From Octopus vulgaris (taxonomy: Eukaryota): a stretch of 64,000 nt of DNA. The notes beneath the pieces are model-generated. The model had not been told where the DNA came from. It made no database searches and was given only the letters and a program-made list of their open reading frames with translations. Below, piece by piece: positions 13,282-27,632 of this stretch (its first letter is position 1; every line of letters starts with the position of its first letter). The translations under genes were made by a program, and so were the position numbers. The DNA is taken from NCBI GenBank assembly GCA_951406725.2, contig OX597814.1, forward strand, positions 21,328,001 to 21,392,000. The letters run 5' to 3'.

Positions 13282-13450
13282 GTTACGTTCTGAGTTCAAA
13301 TTCCGCCGAGGTCAACTTTGCCTTTCATCCTTTCGGGGTCGATAAATTAAGTACCAGTTACGCACTGGGGTCGATGTAATCGACTTAATCCGTTTGTCTG
13401 TCTTTGTTTGTTCCCTCTACGTTTAGCCCCTTATGGGCAAGAAAGAAATA
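13282..13450 (+). mobile_element. SINE family B, 5'-truncated copy
   Basis: TTACGTTCTGAGTTCAAATTCCGCCGAGGTC..CGGGGTCGATAAATTAAGTACCAG matches 18638-18865. Confidence 0.85.
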
Positions 13451-14097
13451 ACGGAGAACTGTAAACATGCATTGAATAATGTTAATGGATGTAGAGTCAA
13501 AATAGTATTTATAATCAATTGTGATTGTTTACTTCGAAGTACCGCAGGTAGTGACTTGTGGCATTCAAACTTAGAAGCTAAATAGATTAGACTAAATACT
13601 ACACCACAGTTGCTGTACTGATTCTGTCAACCACTGTTCCGTATTATATCTACAAAATGTGAAATATTTTCCAGAGTAACATATGAAGAACTAACGGTTA
13701 TGCGGATATATTTTGAAACTTGTATAACGAGCATCACAGGACATTATATAATGTATCTATTTGCAAAAGAGATATAATCACCAGTCGATGCTATTTCCCT
13801 TTCTTTACTTAGAAGATCCGAATGTTATAACATCCTATTGGTCTTCTCTTTAATACTGAATTCATTTACAATTTACAAGTAGGAAGAAGACAAGTGAAAA
13901 GATTGCCAGAACATAAAATCGGCGCCGATAGACTTTGCATTTCATCTATTTCTCGTACCAGTAACGTAATGGGTGTTGATTCAATCGATTGTATCATTGC
14001 TCTAGAAAAAGTATAGAAAAAATAAATCAATATTTTAAAAAATATGTTTAAAAGTATTTTGGAAGGGAAAAATACATTTCTAACATTGGGATATCTT

Positions 14098-14150
14098 AGC
14101 AGCAGCAGCAGCAGCAATAGCAGCAACAGCAGTAATAGCAGCAGCAGCAA
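14098..14150. repeat. Imperfect (CAG)n repeat
   Basis: AGCAGC run with interruptions. Confidence 0.9.
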
Positions 14151-15937
14151 CTGTAGCTGCTGTTGCTAAGTGCAACTACTATAACCTTACAACCATAACC
14201 GCAAGTGCTAATAACAATAACTTCAATCACCTCTGTTACTCTTACTGCTAATGCCATCATTATTCATATCACGATCAAATCACCCTCACACATCTCCAAT
14301 CACGACTATCATCTTTAACACTAGCAGCATCAGTTCATAATTGTCACTACTTATACTACTATTCACGCCGTCTTGTAAAACAATTGTTAGCGATTAAATG
14401 TTCAAAACAAGATATTCTACCTTATAGTTATTTTTTTATTTTTTTCATTCTCATCCATAGCGTTTGTATGTATATATCTTGTACACAGAATTCTAACATT
14501 TAAAAGCATACGTATAATGTGTATATTATTTGATATTTAGTCTACGCATATGAAGTAAACAATAATGACGAATGTTTTTGTGCAGTAATAAACGTGAATA
14601 ACAAATAGTAAACAGTTTTGTTATCGCCTTTTCCTAAGTTTACTATCGGCCAACATCAATAAATATTCTTAAATATCTGAGACCGCAGAAACCTAAATTA
14701 AATCTTCAATACAATCTTATTATATATACGAAGGTTAACGTTTTTGATCAGATGCGTAATAGAAGAGAGCAAGGTCATTGATAGGAAATATATCTTTATA
14801 AGTAAATCAATATTTGAGGTGTTTGTCATGGTAGAGTCCTTCCTTGAAAAACAGGAGCAGTTAGGAGTTAGGTCTACTTCTCTAATAGAAACGTGTTTGT
14901 TTTCAGCTTAAGTCTAAGGCTACGTAAATACTCGAATTATTCCTCTATTTTTAGGCCCACAGATGGCTGAGTCTATACGAAGTCGAACAGCCTACCAGAT
15001 TGAACAATGGTTCGAATTTCGATAGGAGATCTTCACGCCCGTGGCAAAGTAACTCTCTCTCTCTCGTAATTTATATAACTTTAAATTGGTGTCATTAGCA
15101 CATACAGCACAAAGCTACCAAAACTGGAAATGTATAATTAACATTTTGTTACCTAGATACCTTTCAGTTTTCTTAAGGGTACAGATAAGGTCTTAGGAAC
15201 TCGATGCTGAGTACCCCTACTAAAAATTCTTGTAAATATTCAATCCGCAGCGTTATTCAAAATTCTTATGTGTTTGAGAATCTTAATCTCGTTGATCATT
15301 AATTTCATCTAAAGCTTAGAAGATATACTCTGGTATAGTCAGGTTACATAAATAGCAAAAGGAGTGGTTGAAGAAATAATCCATCTGTGAGCTATCAACA
15401 TCTTTCGGCGTTTCTAAAATAAAGACAGCTTTGTTGATCACTTTAACCGATCTTTATATATTGATTTCTAACATCGATGCAAGACCGATCTATTTCGGGG
15501 ACGATATAAACTCCTGTTCAGTTAGTTAATGGTAAGGTTATGTGTTTTGCTTAAGAGCATAGTCTATGATGAAGTTCGAAGTTCAAATATGAATTAATGG
15601 CCTGAAAACTAACACATGATTGATTCATATATATAAAAAAGAAAATGATTTAGTTTTTAACACACACACACACACATATATATGGTATGAAGATTCTGAT
15701 AGTTCATATTTTGTTATTACGAGTGGATAGCATGGTGACATAAATTCCATTGAAAGAGACCTTCTGGTGTGAAGTCACACCACTTACCACATCTACACAC
15801 CGCTTTCATTGGATAATGAAACTGAAACTGTAACATCCTACATATGTTTTACTTTTATACTTCCTATATCCACCCTTTTCCAAAGTAACCCTTTATACTG
15901 TAGCCTACTATTTTCCTCTAGTTAACTCTCTCATATC

Positions 15938-15985
15938 GTCTCTGATGAAGGGATATCCCTAATATCCCAGAAACAGTTGTAAGAC
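15938..15985 (+). ncRNA. Type I hammerhead ribozyme (canonical CUGAUGA) in a pLTR-like relic that ends at (TA)n near 16185
   Basis: GTCT-CTGATGA-A-GGGATAT(cccta)ATATCCC-A-GAAA-CAGTTG-TA-AGAC: stem I GTCT/AGAC, 7-bp stem II, near-palindromic stem III, GUA site. Confidence 0.72.
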
Positions 15986-16179
15986 TACTTTTTTCTTTAT
16001 AAATGTCCTATAAATTCCACACAGCCTTGGTATTGTTGTCTCATTTAAGATATACATGCTCACACAAGACCCGCATAAAACTCTTCACTCGTATTATTAT
16101 CGAACCGAGAGTCTAACTACGGCCCTCCCGAAGCACTTACATATCCTTACCTGCCATCTTGGGTCTTCCGGATACCAAT

Positions 16180-16183
<4 letters not shown>

Positions 16184-16242
<59 letters not shown>

Positions 16243-16441
16243 AAAGGGCTTAGTAAAATAAATTACTTTGCCACATACTGAACTCGTTAGAAATAGTAGC
16301 TAAAAAAACTTTTTTAAAACTATTTCTAATATTTTACTAAGCCCTTTTATATAATGTAATAATTTGAATTCGCCTTAAATGGTCCCTTTACATACTGAAT
16401 ACTTGGTGAAATTGATTAATAATTAATTAATTTTACCCTCA

Positions 16442-16499
<58 letters not shown>

Positions 16500-16583
16500 T
16501 AATCCAAACGGGAAAACAGAAAAAACAACAACACGTGGAACAATTACAGTATTATTATTATTAGGCGCTCAGGAAAATGGAAG

Positions 16584-16627
<44 letters not shown>
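16184..16627. repeat. Three (TA)n tracts separated by two short inserts (one with an inverted repeat, one pLTR fragment)
   Basis: (TA)n at ~16184-16240, 16446-16495 and 16587-16627. Confidence 0.9.
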
Positions 16628-16629
<2 letters not shown>

Positions 16630-16985
16630 TGGCACTCCGTCGGTTACGAGGACGATGGTTCTAGTTGATCAGATCAACGGAATAGCCTGCTCGTAAAATT
16701 AACGTGCAAGTGGTTGAGCACTCCACAGACACGGGTACCATTAATGTAATTCTCGAGGAGATTCAGCGCGACACAAAGTGTGTCAAGGCTGGCCCTTTGA
16801 AATACAGGTACAACAGAAACAGGAAGAAAGAGGGAGAGAAATTTGTGGTTCGCCTCCCGCTTCTACTGGAGTCATGTGGAGCTTTAGGTGTTTTCGCTCA
16901 ATAACCACTCACAGCGCCCGGTCTGGGAATCGAAACTACGAACCTACGACCGCGAATCCGCTGCCCTAGCCACTGGGCCATTTAG
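16628..16985 (-). mobile_element. tRNA-derived SINE family C
   Basis: Minus-strand tRNA-like head (TGGCCCAGTGGCTAGGGCAG..GTTTCGATTCC); the 3' part is the reverse complement of 20210-20380. Confidence 0.75.
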
Positions 16986-17001
16986 CCTATCTCGCTATGT
17001 A

Positions 17002-17092
<91 letters not shown>

Positions 17093-17810
17093 ATACGAAC
17101 ATACTATCTTTAAGATAGCATGTTTTATACTTATTTGATATCATTGTATCATATATATAGCTTATGTGCATAATTATACATACTAGCAGGAAGACGGCCA
17201 TCCGGCGGTTTTCTGCTAACCCCTTGATAATACTTTCAAATTTGATTCCCAATTCTAATAATTTTTATATTTTAAGTCTAATTATTTCTTTGTATAATAG
17301 TGCTTACTTGCTTAGTAAATATTGCTTTCATTATTTTATCACAGTCTCTCTTTTTTAAACAAACATCACGGGAGTCCAACAACAGAAGGAGAAGAAGTTG
17401 ATCAAGTTTTACCTTCACCTCAAAGCAACATAGAGATTTCATTTCAGCAGCCCATCTGTAAGCTTTGCAGTGTTTGTGCGTGTGTGTGAAACAGAGAGTA
17501 AGTGCGAGAGAACGTTTGCAAACAATGAATGAAATAAACACGAAGTGAAAAAAAAAATCGTATAAATAAAACGGTATTACTATACGCTCCCGATTTTGTT
17601 GCCTCATAACATCCAGAAAAATGGATACTCTTTAACAAAATTTTCTACAAATACCACTTAGATGTTATGGCTTCAAAGTATATAGTGATTTATGGGAAAG
17701 AAGTTTTCTGAGGGGTTGGAGAGAGGGGTTTCAGAAAATTTACACAATCTGACTTTTTCGCTCACAACTTTCAGGAAAATGGGTATCTATTAATGAAATT
17801 TTATACAAAT

Positions 17811-17958
17811 CACTTAGCGGTTCGGCAAAAAGAGACCGAAAGAATAAGTACTGGGCTTACAAAGAATAACTCCCGGGGTCGAGTTGCTCGCTTAAAGGCG
17901 GTGCTCCAGCATGGCCTCAGTCAAATGACTGAAACAAGTAAAAGAGTAAAAGAGTAAA
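17811..17958 (+). mobile_element. 3' half of SINE family A
   Basis: CACTTAGCGGTTCGGCAAAA..GCTCCAGCATGGCC..GAAACAAGTAAAAGAGTAAAAGAG matches 8297-8430. Confidence 0.85.
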
Positions 17959-18578
17959 TCCTTCTCAAACAGCAAAGATTACGATTATAAAGAAATTTGT
18001 GGGGAAAATGTTTTCGGAGATTTCCCCATTTTTTTAAGCCACAGCCTTCGAAAGTGGGAGTGGGAGGCATCTTTGTATGAAAAAAGTTTTGAAAACTCTT
18101 TTTATTTACACCCTCCTCCCTCCTCGTCCCACTCTGGACCTATTTTGGCCAATTTCTTTTTGCACTTCAAAACCATGGGAAGAGCATTTTCGGTAAACAA
18201 AATATTGTTAATATTTTCAGGGGGAAAAGTGAGTGATTGACAATCCCCCTCGTTTCTTTATCACTCTCGCATGTATTGAGGTTTTTCAATATCCCCCCCC
18301 CATAAATACATTCATATGCTATAAAAAAAGAAAATGAGAAATTATGAATTTTTTGCAACCCCACTCCCTACCGCCGATTGTTTCTGCTTAGAAATTGAAA
18401 CATTGGAGAGCCTGAGAAGGTCGTTGCTGGCATTTATCCACAGTGATTTTTAAAAATTACGGAGATATACTTCCATAGCAAATGACTTGATTTGAGATCG
18501 TGTGCTGAAACAAAAGTAATTGCAGCGTGGAAGATGTTTGTAAGCCATTCAAGAACACACAAAAACTGTTAGTTACAC

Positions 18579-19033
18579 GGCACTACTTAAATACAGAGGC
18601 CCCAAAGCATTTACATAACGATATGAAGGGGATGGAAGGCGGCGAGCTGGCAGAATCGTTAGCACGCCGGGCGAAATGCGTAGCCGTATTTCGTCTGCCG
18701 TTACGTTGTGAGTTCAAATTCCGCCGGTCTACTTTGCCTTTCACCCTTTCGGGGTCGATAAATTAAGTACCAGTTACGCACTGGGGTCGATGTAATCGAC
18801 TTAATCCGTTCGTCTGTCCTTGTTTGACCCTCTAAGTTTAGCCCCTTGTGGGTAATAAAGAAACAGATATGAAGGAGAGGGTTAGTTATTAGAGTCAGTT
18901 TTAGGGTTAGTTTTAGGAACGGTCAGGGTTAGGGTATCATTACACGACCACGCAGCGTACATTTAAAATGTTTTGTACATAACACCTGTATTTAAATAGT
19001 GCTATTAAGGGACCTCTGTATTTAAGTATTACC
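18579..19033. mobile_element. MITE with ~24-bp imperfect TIRs and internal TTAGGG-like repeats, carrying a nested SINE
   Basis: GGCACTACTTAAATACAGAGGCCC ... GGGACCTCTGTATTTAAGTATTACC. Confidence 0.65.
18638..18865 (+). mobile_element. SINE family B, full-length, with TSD-like GATATGAAGG flanks
   Basis: GGCGGCGAGCTGGCAGAATCGTTAGC head, GAGTTCAAATTCC B-box, A-rich end; GATATGAAGG at 18620 and 18866. Confidence 0.9.
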
Positions 19034-19514
19034 ATTTAAATTTCGTTTGTGTCAAAATATTTTCGACGCTCTGAAACTGCGACCTGTTCACTGACAAAAC
19101 TTCACAAAAGTGATACAGCACGAAGTTTTATCAGAGAACAGCACTCATGCACACACACACACACACTCATACACACACTCATACACACACACACATTCAT
19201 TGCCTTTCATTCGTGTGTATGTGTATCTATGTGTGTGCGCGAGTATGTATGTGTATCACTGTTGAAGTCGCTCGTGAAACTTGTTTGTCATATTTGCTTA
19301 GTGGTATAGAATGTTTAGAAGCTGAGAATAAAGAGCAAATTTCCAGTTCTTGTCGCTAACATTTTTTTCTCCTCGTCTTCTAATAGTAATTACTTAACTT
19401 TCCAGCTTTTCTCACAGCTATCCCATGTTCAAAAATTATACGGATATTTTTAAAATTTTCGTTCAATAAATAATGTTTTTACATTACGTATACATTAACA
19501 GAATTAACTATCGG

Positions 19515-19943
19515 GGATCTTTTCGGTTTGAACGGCAGTTTTTAACATAATTTCTAGGTAACCAAAAAATTTTAAACTTCGTATACTGGTAGAATGTGTT
19601 TATAAAACATCTTTTTCTCTTGGCTTTATTGAGAAAATTCTATAGTTTGTAAGATATTTGTTGTTTTTTTTCTTCAATTTCTGCAATTTCAACCAATCAC
19701 TGACGTCCATTGAGGTAAACAACATTCTGTGCCGTATGAATATGTCCCTTGTTTAAGAAACAGATTGGATTTATTTACATTTGTGAAGAAAAAAGATACC
19801 CTTCCCCCCACCCCTAACCGTAACCGTAACCCTAACCCTAAAATAGATTGAAATGCAATAAATCGATACTAGGGTCATAATTATGGGTGACAATTTCATA
19901 TGACACCGCTAGAAAAAACTGCCGTTCAAACCGAAAAAGATCC
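19515..19943. mobile_element. Intact 429-bp MITE with ~29-bp TIRs and an 8-bp TSD (Merlin-like)
   Basis: TIR GGATCTTTTCGGTTTGAACGGCAGTTTTT at both ends; TSD ACTATCGG at 19507-19514 and 19944-19951; internal CCCTAA/CCGTAA repeats. Superfamily inferred only from GG termini and TSD length. Confidence 0.9.
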
Positions 19944-20074
19944 ACTATCGGTTTTCCAAATAGCGAATTAAAACTTAAAAGAGAAAGTGAGAGACTTTGC
20001 AAATGAAAATGGAATACTCCGCAGTGAATGCAATGAATATTTAAATTAGTGAAGAATTAGACGAAGGGAAAGTG

Positions 20075-20381
20075 CGAGGCTTTGTGGTTAGGGTAATCAG
20101 ATCACAGTCATGAGTTCGATTCCCATCGGCACGTTGTATCCTTGAGCAAGATACTTTATTTCACGTTGCTCCAGTCCGCTCAGCTAGCAAAATTGAGTTG
20201 TATCTGTATTTCAAAGGGCCCGTCTTCTCACGTCCTGTGTCACGTTAAATCTACCCGAGAACTACGTCAGGGGTACGCGTGTCTGTGGGCTACTCAGCCA
20301 CTTGCACGTTAATTTCACGAACAGGCTGTTCCGCTGACCGCTTCAATTGGAACACTCGTTGTCGTAACTGACGGAGTGCCA
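20075..20381 (+). mobile_element. SINE family C
   Basis: GTGGTTAGGGT..GAGTTCGATTCC head, CCTTGAGCAAG, 3' end ..GACGGAGTGCCA. Confidence 0.75.
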
Positions 20382-20689
20382 TCTTCATTCAAGGAAATTA
20401 TTTGGAATTAGGTAGCGTCTGGAATGTGGATGGCCTTTTTAGCTTTCTTGGTCATTTGATGAATACAATTGACCATAATGTTGATTATATGAAATTTGGG
20501 ATCCATATGTCTATTCTGACCGTATTTATGAAATATATATATATCAGATTTTATACACTTCTGACGCAGGGTGTATTGGACACGTTATTTTTGTACAACA
20601 ACATGGGAGTGCGTGCATCTGTCTATTAATAAACAATGTATATACAATCGGGGATAATAAAATTGAGTTCATGTTTTATAATAGACACA

Positions 20690-20806
20690 GACGGTTTCAA
20701 GTTCAGTCCTACTGCGTGGTATCTTGGATGCCTTCTTCTATAGCCATGAGCCGACCAAAGCCTTGTGGGTGAGCCCCTAGTACACGGAAACTAAAAGAAG
20801 GTTGTC

Positions 20807-20854
<48 letters not shown>

Positions 20855-21068
20855 CATGTGTGTGTGTTTTTTTGTACCCCTACCACTTAACGACCGGTGC
20901 TGGTTTGTTTATGGCCCCTAAATTTAGTGATTAAGCAAAAGAGATGAAGAGAAAAAGTACGAAACTTTTGAAAAAAAAAAGTAATGGAGTCGGTTTGTTC
21001 GATTACAACCCTTTAAGGCAGCTGCCCCAGCACGGCCGCAGTCCAATGGCTTGTACAGGATAAAAGAA
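20690..21068 (+). mobile_element. SINE family A copy
   Basis: Matches 8030-8440, with an expanded internal (TA)n. Confidence 0.75.
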
Positions 21069-21410
21069 ATTTGTGCGTTAATGCGTTAATAGTGATTTGT
21101 TTGAATACTATTCAGTAGTACAGAGTATATCTATAGATATTAGTCAACACCGTGAGAAATAGAGACTTAAACACCGATTCTCAATATACGATATCTTCCT
21201 ATATTGTACAAGTGGGATCAGCCGATTCAAATCAGCATTGGGGTTTTATCACAGACAAAAGACTCTTTTTAACTGTCCACAGCGGCACTGCTTGTAAACC
21301 TACCATTAGCAATGGAATAAGTAAATGGGATAGATAGACAGATGTTCAATTTATAACGCATTATTGGCAGCTGTTTCGATTAATAAATTACTAGTGCGTA
21401 AGACCGTAAT

Positions 21411-21445
<35 letters not shown>

Positions 21446-24400
21446 CTCTCCATTCTGTCTGGTTCCCATCAGTATAATGTTTCTTGATTGACCACCTGAA
21501 TAGTATGTTTTTAGGTTTATTCTACACCAGTGGTTACTTAGGCTTCCTATAACGTCACTGAACGTGTATATAATCATGCTAAATGTGATACGTGTTTTTG
21601 GATGGTTCTTCCAGTTCAATGAAAAGCGATGTTCTAAGAATATCAATTACTCTAATGTATAATTCACAGAAATAACATGTATAGTGGTTGTTGTTGTTTT
21701 GTGGTATTTTTTCCTGATCTTTTTCTTTTATTGTTCCTTTTTTTTTTTATAGAAAAAGTCGCTTCAGGTTCTGATCTGTTCTAGTCTAACAATCATATTG
21801 CCAAGAAACTGTTTCTTCTTGTATTAGATTTTTCTCTTTTTTCTTTTCTTTTTAAGAATTGTCTGACACGAAATGAAAGTTTCTACTAGCTCGTATAACT
21901 ATATATAGTATAGTATACGACGTTGTTAATTCGGTCATTGTATATCTAATTAGTGTTGCCTTCTCGTCGTATAACTCCTAGTAACCTATATTGCTTGTGT
22001 GTAGTATGGTCGAAATTATTTCTCCAAATAACACTTAAGCGACCTATTTACACAAAATTGCTATCGATATTGTATACAGAGATTCTTGTAACGCTTTTCT
22101 TTGCTTGTTCATGAACAATGAACTCACCATCGCACACTATTCACATAGTATTTAATTTCTCAAATATGTTAGAATATATTGATTTAGATTATTTTTGACA
22201 CGTACCAACACTCAATCCGTTATGTCTATATATCTATTTTTCTTCCTATCAAACTATCTTTCTCCTTACGTATCTAACAGCCTATCTACGTATATATTTA
22301 TCTCTTTATGGTTGAGTGTCAATTACAGGCGTAGATTTCTGCAATACTTTTTCAGAGCAGCAAAACATATTCTTTTTAAAAATAGGATATTTTGGTTTGT
22401 TTGTGTTTTGATACTTAATACTTAGATCATTTAAACTTGGTTATGAATCAGTTTTATATAGATTTCAAATTTGAGCACCAGGCCAGCAGATCGATTACAT
22501 CAACCTTCAGTGCGCAACTGTTACTTGTTTTATTGACCTCGAAAGGATGAACAGCAAAGCCAACCTCGACGACATTTGGAATCAGAGCACAAAGCCAGAA
22601 AAAATGCCGCAAAGCTAACGATTCTTCCAGCTCGCTTGCTTGAATTACTCTTATATTACAGGTGAGTGTTGTAAATCTAATAGTCTAATTTTCGTTCTCT
22701 TAAGCGATAAACAATTGGATTGAGTGCGAGACCAATCTGAAATTCCATACAGCCAATATTGAAATATAGAAGAAACTAGCCCCAGCTCTTCAAGAAAAAT
22801 ATATCATTACATTACGTTCTTTTAATTTAACTCCTAGCCAGACTTGATAAAAAAAATAACTAAAAACAAAGATGAACTAATCATGACTATACATTTTGAG
22901 TAATTATTTTCCACGAGAAAAGATTCTGGGAAGTGAATGTGACTGTATGATCGTTGTATATAAAGGAATACTTGAATCGACAAAATGTTGCTTAATCTTC
23001 TTTCTATAACACTCTCCACACCACAGAATTGCATAATTAACCTTTATAAGGGAAAGAGGGTGTTATATAAGTTCACTTCCACTGGATAAACAGCAAGTTG
23101 GAGTCATCAAGTGATTCAGTACCACTCTATGTGATACGAACATGCAAAATAAATTTTAAATAATTACAATAAGTAATTTTAATTTATCGCCACTAAATGA
23201 TTTTGAAGGTGTGCAACACATGAATGTAGGTCATACAATGTAGCTTTTTTAAGAATCATAGATTGCCAATGTATGTGCTGTTGGTACATTTACTAGTTTG
23301 AAAGGAAGCACGCGCGGCCACATTTGTGTGTAAAGTGATAATCGTCCCCCAGTGGGTATGAACTTGTCAAATCTAGAAAATTTCAGTTTTGAAAAATATA
23401 GAATTATATATCACTAAACATTAATTTATTTTTCTGATATGAAATCTAATTTAGAATATTTTGTTGCCAATGTGCAAGATAGATTATATTCAAAAACGAA
23501 CATTTCATAAAATAATGTTGAAAGCGAATTAACAATTGAATTAGGATCGACAAGTTTCAACGACAACTTGTGAAATATTTCCCATCAGCATTCGTCTACG
23601 CTTACCAAATTGCTTCATTGGTTTCTGTTTAATATAAATGAACGGCTTTCTGAACACCTAACTGCGATACCAATATAAATGAAGAATATCGATTTTAGAA
23701 TACTGATTGCACCAAAGGATACAGTAATTGAATTATAGCTAACGGGAAAATTATAGGAAGTTGTGATACAAATGCCTTTCTTAATGAAAATTATAGGAAA
23801 TTGTGAAATATATTGTACCAATATGTTTTTTTTAAGATGGTAATATTTGGCTACTATTTCTAACAGATCAAATATGCAATTAGTTGCTTTGTCGACTCGT
23901 TTGACATCTTTCTTTAATCGGATAATATCGGAAAACCAAAAAGATTTAGTACTATTCTTTTTTAAGACCAACGCTGGTCAAGAATATTTGATTTTGAATA
24001 ATATCAGAGGAATTTAAAACCGTATTATATATACATGAAGAAAATAATAATCAGCGCTTTAAGATACAGACTATTCTCATGAAACCCTTCGTAGTTGAGT
24101 AAGATATATCTACTTGACACTGAAAGCATCAATGTGATGAATCAGAGGTTAAGCTACATCAAGCTATCACACATCTATATGCAGTTGTAAGTTTTGAAAC
24201 CTTAGCAAGTTGGACTAATACAAATGGGTAACAGAAATTACAAAATGAATTAAATATTTTCTTCTTCACTGTGAGAAAAAATGTGGAGGTAAATTCCTAG
24301 ATTTAGTAACTTTTTTTTATAGAATGTGTTATTTCTCTTCCATTATTATTCAAACGCGGCAAGTCGGAAAAATTGCATTGCAGTATTTTTTCCGAGTCCT

Positions 24401-25699
24401 TATATCCTGAATTCAAATCCCTCCGAGGTCAGCCTTCTCTTTCATTCTCCAAAGGTCGATAAAAAAGTACCAGTCACGTTTTTGGATCGATGGTATTGTT
24501 GTACCTAAGCCAGAAGCTGTAATTTATTATTCATAGAGAGACAGTAGGATAGAAAAGATAGAGGGTCGATTTGTCTTCATTTTTTGGGTCGATAAAATAC
24601 ATACAAGTCACTCACCATACCTCCTTCAAAAATGTATGGTCATGTGGAAATCGATATCCTAAAGAAAGGCATTAACTTCACAACTTTTGAAGATTTCCTT
24701 CCTTTTGAGTTGGAGTGAAATCAATAATCGAACACAAATTGGCTTGCTCTTGACAAAATACGCAACGACAAAATTTTTTGCTGATGCATTCCCCCTGTCG
24801 ACTGAACATCATCAGTAAGTTGCAAGCGTCATAGAGTGAAGGCAATTTCTTGTCGATATGGTTTAGATTCCAAACATGAGCTGCTTCTTTTCTTTTCCGG
24901 AATTGCTGCTTCAGGAAAAGTAAGAACATATCAACTATTATTTTCTCTTCATTGATCAATAAGGGTTAACTGCCAATTTGCTAAATATTTTTGGAAAGAA
25001 GTCGAGTAGAAGATGAAAATAATTTGTTTAATACAATATAATTGTGAATATAAGTAAGTCAAATAATCAATATCTCTTACATTTTTGCACAACGTTTCGA
25101 ATTTGCAAGATTGGATAGAGTAGATCAAATCAACTCCACCTCAAAACTGATATTTTAAGGATCCTGAAAGATTTCAACAATGAACGTACAATGCTGTTAT
25201 ATTTCAACTAAAAACGCAAAAGTAAATATTATGCATTTGAAAAATTTTTCTAGTCATAGGAGAAGACAGAACCCATGGCTCTTTACAAAGATTACGAGAC
25301 TGGATGTGAATAAGGGGGAGGAATTTATCTTCAAATTGAGGACCTGGCCAGAATGTTTGCCACAGAACGCTGTTCACTAACAGCACCATAGAAGCCAGGT
25401 GATGGTGTTAGACCGGGTGACAAAATAAGTTTATTACCTTTGTAGGACACGAAAGGATTTGAACTCAGAATCCAAAGAACAGAAGTAGTTACTGCAAGTT
25501 ATCCAGTTTGGTTTTCTTACATTTCTGCCAACCCACTCTGCTTTGGATTGATACGTTTTTATCAACCCCGAAAAACGGCAAGGCAAAAATCAAACTTCGT
25601 CAGCATTTGAATTCAGAGTGAATAGAGTAAACACAAATAATGCGAGGCTCTAAAGCTCTAACGACTCTGCCCATTCACCACATAAATACTAGGGCCCTA

Positions 25700-26045
25700 T
25701 AGTTTAGAAACTTGCTTCTTGATAACATGGTTCTGAGCTCAATCACGCTGAGCTCAATCACTTTGAGCAAGTGTCTTCTATCGTAGCCTCAGGCCGTTCA
25801 GCGCTTTGTGAGTCAATTTGGCAGGCAAAAACTGCGTAGTAGCACGTTGTGTGTGTGTGTGTGTGTATGTCACATCCAACCGCTTGACAATCCTAAGTTG
25901 ACAGTTTGGCAAAAGTGATTCATACAATAAATGCCTAAATTAATAAAAGAGCACAGGCACTGTGCTCAGTTTGTTCAACTAAAATCCTTCCAGGCGGTGC
26001 TCCGACAAGGCTGAAATCTAATGAACGAAGCAGGTAAAAGAATAG
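25700..26045 (+). mobile_element. SINE family A, old degenerate copy
   Basis: TTGAGCAAGTGTCTTCT, CGCTTGACAA, GGCGGTGCTCC motifs. Confidence 0.6.
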
Positions 26046-27632
26046 AGATTGATGGATAGTTGGATAATCCTCTGGAAAAGAGTTGCATTTATATCAGTAA
26101 TTCACAATGCTTAATTTTGAGTAAACACAGGGTTTTGTTGACGGAAGGATATTCATAATCAAAGGGGGACAATTATAAATAGCTTCCAATGAAATCGACT
26201 TCATCTCTGACACCCATTATGAAGCTAAGACAACAAAGTAAATAGATTGTATGTTACTGTCCAGGGTTAGTAATTGTTCATCACGAACTACATACATGAT
26301 AAAAATAAGAAATGCAGGCCTTATGTTCTGCAGCTAGTTTGAAGAACAGTATAATCATTATTCATTTATTTGGTGTCATTATTTGCCCCCATCCGAATAA
26401 ATACAAACCAAAAGAGAGGTAATGATCTGTTAGTATACTTTAACCAAAACAGAAATTCGTTTTTAATTTTACATCAATCTAATCTATCGCAAACGAAGAG
26501 GTAACTACACGATGAAACGTTTTAGTGTACAACGACCAGACGACTGGACAATCGACGCAAATCGATCGATCATAATAAAAGAAGCATTGTTATAGCATTT
26601 GTTTACCTTGTAAATTATTATGCACATTTTTCGTAATGTATCAACTTTTTAATGTAAGAACGGAAACGTTTGATGTGTTTCTCCAGCTTTGAATAAATAG
26701 CAATAATTGTTTCTGTTATAGGCATTAGGCCAGAAATTTCGAAGGAGAGGAACAGTCAATTATATCGACCTCACTACTTTATTTTATTGTCCGGAAAGAA
26801 TGAAAGGCGAAGTTGACCTGGGCGGGATTTGAAATCAAAACGTAAAGAGAACAACAAATACAGTAAAGCAGTTTCACCGACGTGCTTACAGTTCTATCAG
26901 GATACACATAGTCTATATAACCCACACTCTACACAAGACTCTCTCAATGAAATAAAGGAATTTCAGAAAATGGCAGTATAAAAAAAACAGTAACTGATGT
27001 AGCAATAATACAAACCCCATGGCTTAACGAATCAAATGTAGCAGAAAATACCTCTTCATCTCTCACCGTGCAAACGTTATGACTTACTATTGACCAGTCA
27101 GGCCCCAGAATGATATTTCTTGTACCGCAATGTGCATTCGAGTCGTTGAAGTTCATTGCGTTTCGAAATTTTATCAATTCCCGCAAATAGTTGTGCTCTC
27201 AATCGATGCATAAGTTGGAAAAGCCCGCGTTCAAAATCTCTTCACGGTTTTGTGTTTTTCGACGATATCACATGGTGTTTCCGCTGAATGTGGCGACGGT
27301 AAGCAGGGAAAAGAATGGGGCAAAATCTTCCTGTTGAAATGAAGGTATAGACTCAAGTGGATACATCTTCTATCGATTCATTAACGTCAGCTAGCACGCA
27401 CACAGAGCAGATGACCCTCTTGCTATAGGGCGTGTCCAACGAAGTAACACGGACACTTTTACGACAAAGTAACTGGTGACTTACAGAGTGTCCTATTGCT
27501 AGCTGTCGCAGGCACTGATTTCAGATATATGTGTTCACCCTCGTTAAGAAAATTTAATGTACCTGGTCTTCAGTGAAAACTCATGAAATCCTATGAAATA
27601 CAGAATAATAATAACAGTTGATGTTAAGACCT

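Noticed and set aside
17180-18430. Possible non-autonomous Helitron-like repeat starting TACTAGC, with a degenerate internal repeat
   Set aside because: Termini and diagnostic hairpin could not be defined.
24678-24959. 93-aa minus-strand ORF near an AAGGGTTAA terminus-like motif
   Set aside because: Could be a decayed DNA transposon, but I could not confirm a motif or matching TIR.
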